A stretch of 64,000 bases of DNA from Octopus sinensis (taxonomy: Eukaryota). Within the stretch, counting starts at the first letter, position 1. Each line of letters begins with the position of its first letter. Shown one piece after another: positions 53,029 through 64,000 of the stretch. The notes beneath the pieces were generated by a model, which was not told where the DNA came from, did not search any database, and worked only from the letters and a program-made list of their open reading frames with translations. Made by a program: the position numbers and the translations under genes. The stretch is from positions 16,243,360 to 16,307,359 of the forward strand of contig NC_043019.1 of NCBI RefSeq assembly GCF_006345805.1. The letters run 5' to 3'.

Positions 53029-54029
53029 TATTATAATTCGCTGCGGAATACGCAAGACGTTCTTTCGATCACGCTTCGTAAATCATGTTTTAAACCGGTT
53101 TGGTCTTAACGAGGGGAGCGCAAACCCTTGAGAAAAAGCAGAAATTTCGGTAATTATGTTTTTTATTCTCTTAACGAGAACATTGTCGAATAATGAGAAG
53201 TTTATGAAAAAATGCAAAAGTATCGCCTTAAACATTAAATTTTCTTATCCTACTATCTCAGCACCACTTACCATTTTCTGTACTTATCGACCCCCCCACC
53301 CCACTTCACATCCCTCAAAACCCTCACTAATTCTGAATTGTAGCTTTCACATTTGCCTTTATTTTGTGATGCTTTTGCTACAACAAGACTCAGATTAAGA
53401 AGCCCTGCTTTAAAGCTTAGATATTATTATCGTATAAAGACAAACGTATTTTTCAGTTAATAGATTGTAAACAAGTTTGATCCACAGTTTTCATATATAT
53501 GAAATAATGTGATTCTTAAAAACCAAGAGACATGCCGAACCATTATCAAATCATTCTAGTAACATACTAAGAAAAACTAACTTAATTTTAAAAATTGAAA
53601 ACTATTTTAAATTTTAGCAAAATGAAAAGTAGTAAACAAAACAAAAAAGAGTTTAATATTAAATGTTTATGTTAAAAATAAAGTAATTTTTTTGTAAAAA
53701 AAAGAAACTATAATATAAAGCCAAATGTTAAACTAAAATTCAGATTGAAATATTAGAGAAAGTTCTAGGTAAAACTAAAAGCTCAGCAAAACCTTTTCTC
53801 TTTTAAAGAAACTTTTTTATATTTTCCTACAAATAAAAATATTTTTTTGTACAAATTTTTCGTATAACTTTTCTTTTAATTTAACTTTTATTCCAAATTT
53901 TCTTTGTTTTAATTTATTTTCAGAACTTTTTACTCCAAACTTTCTAACTTGTGCTTTGACATAACCTTACACGTGCCTTATCTTTTGTTCCCATATTTGT
54001 GTTGTCCACTGCACATCAAATAATTCGCA

Positions 54030-54380
54030 ATGAGTGCAAAGAAACGGAAGTATATTGACGAATATATTCAATTTGGATTCGTGCCCCTCAAAAAGGGTGA
54101 CACAGAAGTCCCTCAGTGTGATATGTTACAAACCTTTGTGCAATGATGGAATGCGACACTCACGCTTGGAACGCCACTTGAGGACAACACATCCTGTTCT
54201 TGCAGACAAGCCCAAGGCATTCTTTGAAACATTTTCCTTGAAGCAAGCTAAGTTGGACGGTCGTGGGGCATTTCGGCGGCAAACTTCAATGGTTGTTGAG
54301 GTTTCCTATGAGATCGCCATGTTGACTGCAAAGAGCAAAAAGAGTCACAACATCGGAGAGTCTCTCATAAAATTGCTTCT
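54030..54380 (+). mobile_element. hAT (Buster/Charlie, ZBED5/8-like) transposase N-terminus with BED finger, truncated
   Basis: MSAKKRKYIDEYIQFGF...PQC(fs)VICYKPLCNDGMRHSRLERHLRTTHP...SYEIA..AKSKKSHNIGESLIK. Confidence 0.85.
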
Positions 54381-54627
54381 ATTTCGACAACACGTGAAAT
54401 ATTTTAACAATTTTTTTACACAATTTCAAATATTTAATCAGAAAAACAGGATCTGTTTTAACATGGGTGGGTGGGGGTGAGGATTGAGTAGATGTTGGAG
54501 GCAGAGGCAAAAATGGTGGTGGCAGAGCCACAGGACCAAACCGTTCGAGGAGGTACTCCAGCATGGCCGCAGTCCAATGATTGAAACAAATGAAAGAGTA
54601 AAAGATAAAGATTGAAACGGAGTAGTC

Positions 54628-54674
<47 letters not shown>

Positions 54675-54921
54675 GTAGCGAGGATGGTGGGGGTAAGTGG
54701 AGAGGAGTGTTAGGTTTCTTGGCAGCCATTAATCGTCGACTTGAGTCACAATGAATGACTAACCGACACCGCCCTCCACATCCTCCATCCACCTCCTCAT
54801 CTAAACACGCCCCCCTCACACAAACCTCACTACAATATCTCTCTATCCCCGCACTATATACTTCCACCACCACCACTACTATTAGTGACTGCCGCACCCA
54901 CTTACGAACCGCCCCCCCCCG

Positions 54922-54956
<35 letters not shown>

Positions 54957-55298
54957 CACCACCACTTAACCACTCCTGCTTTCATCAAGTCTTCCCTCTG
55001 CCAACCCCACCACCGATCCTTTTCGCGATAATCCGGCTTTATCTTAGTCAACCACCACCACCACCACCACCACCACCACCACCACCTCTACCGTCACAAA
55101 CCTCCCACCACCACCACAACTATAACACCTCCAAAGATTCTTTTCTCTCTCTCTCAGTCTCTCCCTTGAAATCCTAAAAGTTAACATATATTTCATGTCA
55201 AACAATGTCACCATCACCACCATCATCATCATCATCATCACCACCACCATCACCATCACCACCACCATCACCATCACCACCACCATCACCATCACCAC

Positions 55299-55334
<36 letters not shown>

Positions 55335-55389
55335 AGATTCCCGGAAAACTTAGGCAATAGTATTCAGAAACAAACAAGTCAAACTAAAT

Positions 55390-55625
55390 TCTGTATAACC
55401 ACAATAACAACAACAATACCAACAACAACAACAACAATAATAATAATAATAATAACAACAACAACAACAACAACAACAATAATAATAATAATAACAACAA
55501 CAACAACAACAATAATAATAATAATAATAATAACAACAACAACAACGACAACAACAACAACAACAATAATAATAATAATAATAACAACAACAATAATAAT
55601 AATAATAACAATAGCAATAACAGTA
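55390..55625. repeat. (AAC)n/(AAT)n compound microsatellite
   Basis: Direct reading. Confidence 0.95.
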
Positions 55626-55887
55626 ATAATAGATGATTTCTTGCAGAATAATAATGAAAAATGATTACTTACGGGTGTATTTGGGGACATATGAATTATT
55701 GGTGTGACCTGAACAAAAAGAAGAAATAAAGGGAATTGAGAGAAAGTAAACCCAGCCAATGATTGGAGGAAATGGTGAATTGTGGCAGAGTGTGGCCGTT
55801 GTGATTGGCTGTTGTAGAGGAATGCCGGATGTTGAAAGACTTAAGTGAGCAAAGAGCAAATGAAAAAAAAGGAGAGACTTGCCGAGG

Positions 55888-55925
<38 letters not shown>

Positions 55926-55966
55926 AGGAACAATTGAGGCCTTGTATAGAAAATATGTTTACGCGT

Positions 55967-56007
<41 letters not shown>

Positions 56008-56302
56008 AATGCGACCGCGCGTGTGTGTGATTAGAATTGATAATTTGCAAGTAAAATCAATGTCGAGAAACTCACTGATTGGAATCGACCCAAACATATT
56101 GAACTCCCTCCATGCAATTGAATCTTGCGTTTCTTATTTCTTCTTGGCTGGGACTTACTATTAACATCACTACTACTACACTACTACTACTACTACTACC
56201 AACACCGCCGCCGCCGGTACCTCCACCACTACTACTACAACAACTACTGCTGCTGCTGCTATTGCTGCTACTACTAATCACAATAATAATAATAATAATA
56301 AC

Positions 56303-58240
56303 TTTCCATATGCCGTGTTAACTCTATTTTCCAGTTCTTCAATGATCTGATCAAATTTGATCTGTTATCAGACATCTGTACTGACTCAAGGATTTCTAAA
56401 ATGTCATAAGCTTTCTTATAACCGATCCATGCCATACCCAGGTTAGTAGGGCAGAAGTGATGCAGGAGGAAAAGCCGGAGGGCAAAAGATCAGCTTGCTT
56501 TGTCCTTCGGCAATCAACTTCTGAAAGACAGAATGGCGTTGAACGGCTGCAAGAAAAGACATACTAACCTGGGTATGGCATGGATCGGTTATAAGAAAGC
56601 TTATGACATTTTAGAAATCCTCGAGTCAGTACAGATGACTGATAACAGCTCAAATTTGATCAGATCATTGAAGAACTGGAAAATAGAGTTAACACGGCAT
56701 ATGGAAAAATTTTGGTGAGGGTTCACATCAAGTAAGGTATATTTTAGGGAGATAGTCTGTCGCCACTGATGTTTGTGATTTGTATGATATCCCCCACACA
56801 GATATTACTGAAAGTGACATCGGAGTACACCTTGCAAAATAAAGAAATATTAAATCCCCTGTTATACATGAATATTTTAAAGATCTTCAGGAAGAATGAA
56901 CATAAAATAAATGGTCGAGTTTCAATAGTGCAGATATTCAGTAAGGATATCGGGATGGAATTTGGGATTGAAGAGTGTGCTATGCTTATCATAAAAAAGA
57001 CAAAGTAGGGTCATCTGATGGTGTAGAACTACCCAACGGCGAGAGAATCAAGGATGTTGAGACTGTTGGATAGAAGTATCTGGGTAATTTGCTGTACCAC
57101 AGAATCAAGGACGGCGAGAATACCCCAGAAGAACCAAATTAATTATAGAAAGTAAACTCAATAGAAAAAACAAGATCAGGCTAATGAATGCATAGGCTGT
57201 TCCCATAATGCAATACGGCACATGAATTGCTCGCTGGTCAAAGAACGGGCATGGGGAAATAAATAGAAAGAACCGGGTAAATGATGGTATTAGACAAGAG
57301 ACTACATGTGCCTAGGTACAGGGAAGGAAGACGCCTCATAGGGGACAAGATTTATGTTTTCAGCGAGAGAAACCGTCTGGGATGGTACGCCAATGAACAG
57401 ATTGAACCCTCGCTTACTGCTGTTACAAATGGCAATACGATACCCACTGAAAATGTGACATATCCAAAAACATTTAAGAAACAAAATGAATAACAAAGAT
57501 TAAACAACTGGAAAATGAAAACGATACAAGGGCGATACCCCTGGGAAACCGAAAGGAAAGACAAGAGCAACACCTCAAGGTGGATACGGGTAAGGGATCG
57601 GAAAGGATGCACCGGGGCATTGATAAGTAACGCCCAGGAACAAGCTCTGGGGACTAATTACACCAAGTCCCTAATAGATAAGAGCAGTGAATCACCTTTG
57701 TAGGATATGTGGCAGCAAAAACGAAACAGTCTCACATATTTGTGAGTGAATGTAGCAAGGTGGCACGATAATGTGGTTAAGTTTGTTCACTGGAGGCCAT
57801 GTGAAAAGTACGGCCTGGGCAGAGCACGGAAATGGTACAAGCATGAGCCAGAGGGCGTCACTGAGAACAATGAATATAAGATCTTATGGAATTTTACAAT
57901 CCAATGTGACTCGGTCATTGATGCTCGGAGACCAGACATTGTTATCGTAGATTAAAAAGGAAGGAGGAAACAAAGACTGTAGATATTTTCATACCAGGGG
58001 GCGCACGAGTAGGGGACAAAGGAAAAGGTGATAGGCCAAATTGCAAGAATGTGGGCAATGAAGAAATTGTAGAGAAATTGTAATTGACATGAGCGTAGAA
58101 CATGCGACAGCGAGGGTTTCTAGATTGGCACTTGGGTGTTAAGTATCGTGGAAAGGGTCCCTGTGAGACCCTTCACAACAGGCTGCTGTCCGCCCTTACA
58201 TAATTAACCGGAGCAAGAAAAAAATCGAGAGCTCTGAGAA
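56303..58240 (+). mobile_element. R4/Dong-like LINE, 5'-truncated with an inverted duplication at the 5' junction; RT + CCHC + REL
   Basis: MAWIGYKKAYD, GIF*GDSLSPLMF, LLYMNILK, KYLG, CRICGS, HDNVVK, RRPDIVIV; (TAA)n on both sides. Confidence 0.92.
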
Positions 58241-58252
58241 GCAAAATATAAT

Positions 58253-58292
<40 letters not shown>

Positions 58293-58293
<1 letters not shown>

Positions 58294-60035
58294 GCTGCGT
58301 TCAGGAGACCCGAGCTTCGAGTGAAGGTCTCTCTCACGGCAATTGCTCCCCTATGCAGCAGGGTGAACTTGGTCGTCATCCAAATACTGCTGCAAGGATT
58401 AGGAGAAGATGGACTCAAAGCAACAATAGAACTCTAATATATAACAGAAGCAAGCCTACCAAAATTAGAACCGAAAAAGAAAGCACAAAATTTGAACAGC
58501 AAAACACATGTTCCTTATCACAGAACAAAAACTTTCAGACGAAAATAATTTAATCGTGATAAGACAGCAGCTATGGCAGATGGAACTGGAGGAGATCTCA
58601 GCAATAATGAAAGGATGTGGACGTGACTACGCTGAACAGGAAGAACAAAAAGCAGAACAAGATCAGGGATAAACAGAGGGACCAATAAATCCCCACAAAA
58701 GCTGTCCGAATGAAGGCAAATTTAATTTTATGGAGGAAGAACATGTTAGAGAAGAATCTTACTACGAGACCTGAATGAGACCCGAAATATCGAAAGAAAG
58801 AGACTTGGAGGCCCGGAAAGAGGAATGGAAAGAGGAAAACTGTATCAAGAAGTGGGGAAAGATGGACGAACCGATAAGGAAAATCTTCATCGAAAACACA
58901 ACGGACCTAAACGACTTTATATACTGCGCAGACTCTGTTAAAAGTGGAAGAAGGACAAAGGACAAAGTCCCATGGTGGGAACGAAGGCTTGAGGATCAAA
59001 TTGAACAGTTTAAAAGGGATTTTGGACGGATAAATGCAATCACAGAGAAGAGGAGGGTGAAAGGAAGACACAGAAACGAAGTGCAAAGGAAACACAATAT
59101 AAGGCAGAATGGACTGCAAGCAGTTAAAGAAGAACAGAAGTAAAAATTTTAAGTAGTGTCGGGCAAAAAAAATAAATAAATAAATATATGAATAACCAAC
59201 AGGGAACAAGTCAGCAGCAGTAGCAGCAGCAGCAGCAGAACAGACTCTTCAAGAACAACGAAAGAAAATTCTGTAAACAAGTGAACAATGAAGCGGAGCA
59301 GTTGAGGAGGGATATGTCAGATGCTGAAGGAACAAGAAAATTCTGAAAATTCTGGGCAGAAATCTGGAGTAAAGAAGCCCAACATGTTATAAAAGCAGAT
59401 TGATTGTGAGAATTGTGTAATTCAGACAGAAGCAATATTCAGTAAAGACACTGGAATGCACCTTGGGGCAGAAGTAACAATGAAGAGAAGCCAGAAAATG
59501 AAGAGTAACAGCATGAAATTACCACAACACTCGATCGCTATTGGATAATAATGGATACGTATACCTTGGCGTACTGCAAGACGATAAGATAATGGAAAGA
59601 AAAGTGAGAGAGAGGAAGTCACTAAAGAGTACAAAAGGAGAATTAGGAAAGTGTTCGAAACAAAATTAAATGAAAGGAACATTATTAAAGCCACAAATAC
59701 ATGGACCCACGTTACTTATAGACGCTTACTTATAGCCTCTCAAGGACCAGCCCTTAGAACAAATCGACAAAACTCAGCCAGACAGCAAACGCAGAATCTG
59801 CAGAAAAGGAGTGGTGAGTATCAGTCACATTTTGAGTGAGTGCAGTATACTAGCACAAAAGGAGTATAAATGCAGACGTGCGAGTTTGTGGTTTCAAAAC
59901 TACAGAAAAAGTGGTTTGAAGAGGAACCAGAGGCTGCGACAGGAAATGAGAATTACAGGAACTTGTGGGACTTTGCCATAAACACTGAGGATACTATTGA
60001 AGCAAAAAGACCGGATATAGAGGACTAAAGAAATA
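58293..60035 (+). mobile_element. R4/Dong-like LINE retaining its 5' ORF start, with several internal deletions
   Basis: GRHPNTAARIRRRWTQSNN, VPWWERRLEDQI, QNRLFKNNE, YVYLGVLQ, ATNTW, LWDFAINT..KRPDI; bounded by (TAA)n at both ends. Confidence 0.88.
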
Positions 60036-60179
<144 letters not shown>

Positions 60180-60569
60180 AATCCTTTCTATGATAGGCAC
60201 AGAGGGGAAAAGGGGCCTAGTAGATAGCATCGTCCTTTGTACTTGACTGGTCCTTTTTTTTATCGACCTCGGAAGTATGACAGGCAAAGTTGACCTCTAC
60301 AGAATTTGAACTCAAGACGTAAAGACGGATGAAATACCTATTTCTTTACTACCCACAAGGGGCTAAACACAGAGAGGACAAACAAGGACAGACAAACGGA
60401 TTAAGTCGATTATATCGAAACCAGTGCGTAACTGGTACTTATCTAATCGACCCCGAAAGGATGAAAGGCGAAGTCGACCACGACGGAATTTGAACTCAGA
60501 ACGTAACGTCAGACGAAATACCGCTAAGCATTTTGTCCGACATGCTAACGATTCTGCCAGCTTACCGCC
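60180..60569 (-). mobile_element. Composite (dimeric) SINE family C in a (TAA)n tract
   Basis: A full unit ending GCCCCTTGTGGGTAGTAAAGAAATA is joined at GGTATTTC to a second, headless unit ending GAAAGGATTC. Confidence 0.9.
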
Positions 60570-60595
60570 TCAATAATAATAATAATATAATAATA

Positions 60596-60631
<36 letters not shown>

Positions 60632-60659
60632 CAACAACAACAACAACAATAAACACTAG

Positions 60660-61135
60660 CACCAACTGAATGAAAGATCATTCATTGCGTACTATGCAAA
60701 CAATATAACGCAGAACATAGAGAGAAGTGATGTGAACGCAAACCACAACCAGTAACTGAAACCGAAGGAGAAACAATCCCTTGGGAGCATCCACTTAAAA
60801 TCGTACTTTCATAATGCAAACCACCCTGATATTATTTGCAAAGATTTTACAAACAGGACTTGCTTAGTCATCGACATGACTGTATCGTCTGATAGAAATG
60901 CTTGAGCAAAAGAGGACGGAAAGCCTGCAACGTATAAGGATCTTGAAACAGAGATAAACAGGATGTGGCACCTTAAAACCCAGACAATTTCGGTAGAAGT
61001 AGGAGCACTAGTTGTCATAAAGGTGTTCAAAGGATTCGGGAGGACATTACCTGGTAAACTTAGCATCTATGGAATCCAACAGATAGTTCAAACAACTTCT
61101 ACCGCCATACTTCGTCATTTTTTGTCTTTGTAATA
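60660..61135 (+). mobile_element. R4/Dong-like LINE REL endonuclease 3' end
   Basis: KPQPVTETEGETIPW, NHPDIICKD...CLVIDMTV...YKDLETEINRMW...VGAL...TAILRHFLSL**. Confidence 0.85.
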
Positions 61136-61415
61136 AACGTCAACGCAACCTTTTCTGTTTAATTTTTAGAGTAAATTTAATTGATATTTAATATCATTTT
61201 TGTATCCTCGCTGCAAAATTAACTCAAATCATTTGTACTTCTTTTTGTCCAGCCCCCCCCAATCCCACCCCCGCCAACTTTTCTATATTTATTTTCTCAA
61301 TTTGTTTGTTTTACCCATAAACCTTTATGATGTGACCTGTTAAATGAACGGGGGGTGGAGAAGACTGTTAACCCAACAATGCCTTCTCGAAAGAAATAAT
61401 AATAATAATAATAAT

Positions 61416-64000
61416 GATATCTTTTATTTGCCACAAGGGCGAAGGATGAGGGGAACAATATAAAGACAAACATTGAGTGTTGGGGGTTTACATATGATGG
61501 AAGGATAAAAAATAAATTAAAAAATAAAATAAAATAAAACACGGTTATACATTAGAAGAAGGGAAGTATATAACATTAGAAGAGGGGGAAAGTGATAGTG
61601 ATGGGGGGGCCCCTGATACAGGAGAACCTCTAGGACTAATCAAGGAACGTCACCATCCAGGATCACCTTGAATATCATGGACTGGTGCCCTCTCCAACTC
61701 CTTTCTTCCAACCCACCGGTCTACACTGTGTGGTACCATACACTCATGCCATTTTCGCAACTTTCACCCACCTTCTCATAAATTCACTCGAGGCCAGCAC
61801 CTCCCTCTCCACCCTCACTTTCCTTTTCAAGTTGAGAAAGTTGATGAGGGCTTTACCAAAGAGGAATGTGCCTGTTCTCATTCCTTTCAGCCCCGTCCAC
61901 CGGATAACCTCTTTCGCCACAGCCACCAGACTAAAGGAAAACTGCTTTGCCTGCCCGATTAAAGGAGGGTGACGGGGCAATCATCATTATGGACTCGGCT
62001 GACAGATGGATCCGTCCCACACGCGGCAGCAGCTGTTCGACATAACTCCACAAGAGAGCAATGCCTAGACACCGGACGAGTGCATGCAGAACCGTTTCGT
62101 CGCTCTGCGAGCACTTCGGACAAGCCCGTCTGACAGCACATTCGTGCCTGTAGAGTTTATCTCTAACCAGTAGCGCCCCCCGGTATCACTGCCAGGCCAA
62201 AGACACCTGGAAATTATCCATAATAGTCTCCGACCGGAAAGTCCTCCGGAGTAGACTTGCCAGTTCGTCTCCGTCGACGCGTAGAGTCTCCCCGAGGAGC
62301 TCGTCGCACTTCCCTGCTACTAATCCTCTCTCTATAGCAAAAGTGGAACATCAACCTATCCTATCGCTCGACTTGTAGAGGACAGTGAGTTCCTGACGAT
62401 GAATAAGGAGAGAGGCGATGTAGGCATTCGCAACCTCTGCCCAACCTTTCAGGGACAACTTCCTCTCTGCCCATTTCTGGGTAAGACAGGCCAACCTGTT
62501 CGTCACCTCTTTCCACTTCTTATCCGCCTGGAGGTCAGGACCAAACCAGACCCCGAGCAGTTTCATTGGGCCGTCAGTCCAGCGTCCGACGGCATCGACC
62601 TGCTTCTCGGAGTGCTCAGTTGCAATCCCATCGACTTTTCGGCGTTGATTTTGGTCCCTGCAACCGACTCACATCCCTTTACAAAGGAGCCGACCGTTTC
62701 CACTTCGGAGGCGTCCGACACCACAACGGTTACGTCGTCCGCGTACGCCGACCCTGCCCTCCCGAGCCCTGTTTTGAAAGGGAGGCCTCTTAATTGTTCA
62801 AACCTCCGCAGCATTGGCTCGTGAGCCACCACATACTGAAGAGGTGACAGCGGGCAGCCCTTTCGGACCGAACGTGCGATACTAAACAGTTCCGATAGGT
62901 GGTCATTTACTTTCACCACCGAGCAGGTTTCGCTGTGTATTGCAGCAATCCAACCTCTGAAAACGGGTCCGAAACCGGCCGCTTTAAGGACGGCCTCCAA
63001 GTAGCGATGGTCGACCCTATCGAAAGCTTCCAACTGATCTAAATTTATCAGAGCCCCACCGAAGCCAGCTTTAGTCGCAGTCCTCTCTACGATATATCGC
63101 ATAAGGTGGAGGTTGTCGTGGATAATCCCATTAGGAATTGCGCAGGTTTGTGCCTCCCCGACCAGACTACCAACGACAAGCGCCAACCTTTTCGCTAACA
63201 CCTTGACCAAAATCTTAAACTCTGTGTTTAGTAGAGTTATGGGCCGAAAATTTCCTAGCACGTCCCCATTGTCGGCGTCCTTTCTCAGCAGTGTTACAAC
63301 ATCCCGGATACCAGCACTAGGAATTCTTCTGTTCTGTTGCCAGTTACTGTAGACGTCTGCCAAGAGGCTGCCAAACAAATATGGCATGAATACATAGAAT
63401 TCGTGGAGCAGACCATCCAAACCGGGTAATATGTGCCTTGTGCAATCGCTCATCGTCTCCCGTATTTCAGTGGCTGTAATTGGCTTTTCGCAGAATCTTG
63501 CGTCCGTTACCGCGAGCCGTGGTAGACCGTCCAGATACGAGGTAAAGTCCGCTACCGTCGTCGACCCATCACTCCTCCCAAACAGCCGTGCAAAGTGCTG
63601 CTGAAAAACTGCACACATCTGCTCAGAATCGAATAGCACGCACTCGTCCCGATCCGTCAAAGACTTGATCGTGGTTTTGTTTCCACGTCGCGTCTCTACC
63701 GTTCGGGCACATGAGATGACTTTAGTCCCTCCGTGTTTTAGCGCACGAGCCTTAGCTCTGACAATACACCCTTCGTGTTTCGCTTCAAAGAAATGGTCAA
63801 GGCATCGTGGGTCACGATGCCTTTACTAGTTTGCTAAGTAGATTCCCTTCTCATCAATTTCTTTCTATTGCTAAATATTTGCTAAATGCTATCGATTCTA
63901 CTCTAATCGCTCCCTTTAGAGCGATCCACCATCGGTTGTTGACGATAGTCCCCGTCAACTGCCGCTCAACTAGTTTGCTAATCCTGTCCCTGTAGTCTTT
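61416..64000 (-). mobile_element. Tx1-clade LINE with intact 3' end; continues beyond the window
   Basis: 365-aa open RT stretch (FRPITLLN, LDQLEAFDRVDH, KGCPLSP, YADD); CPKC...H...C knuckle; 3' UTR ending AATAAAAGATATC(ATT)n. Confidence 0.94.

Noticed and set aside
58294-58380. HDV-like ribozyme at the R4 5' end (GCTGCGT pairs with ATGCAGC)
   Set aside because: No P3/L3 or P1.1 elements in the required order; only a P1-like helix.

Overview
This is AT-rich, microsatellite-saturated eukaryotic DNA. The SINE families and repeat landscape point to an octopod cephalopod (Octopus-like), which is an inference from recalled repeat families and not a database match. It has the look of a long-read assembly with residual indel noise and contains one 100-N scaffold gap (49036-49135). 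No intact host gene or tRNA/rRNA gene is evident, and nearly all ORF-track entries are translations of (TA)n, (TG)n, (CATA)n, (GATA)n or trinucleotide repeats. The window is a graveyard of decayed mobile elements. Non-LTR retrotransposon remnants include several R4/Dong-like fragments, one HERO-like 3' end, two Tx1-clade LINEs, RTE pieces and Penelope-like (PLE) remnants. DNA transposon remnants include maT DD37D and mariner DD34D relics, Tigger/pogo, two hAT relics and two non-autonomous Helitrons. There are also about 20 tRNA-derived SINE copies from three families, labelled A, B and C here. Six observations stand out. (1) A complete hammerhead ribozyme fold at 909-976 (-). (2) A 450-bp head-to-head hairpin at 9968-10418 carrying a hammerhead motif on each arm. 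(3) A 3' tail shared between a family-C SINE and a Tx1 LINE. (4) A 146-bp snap-back inverted duplication at an R4 5' junction. (5) A duplicated CRE-N4-TAATT-N3-CCAAT composite motif with identical spacing. (6) A speculative, phase-compatible chain of small + strand exons.
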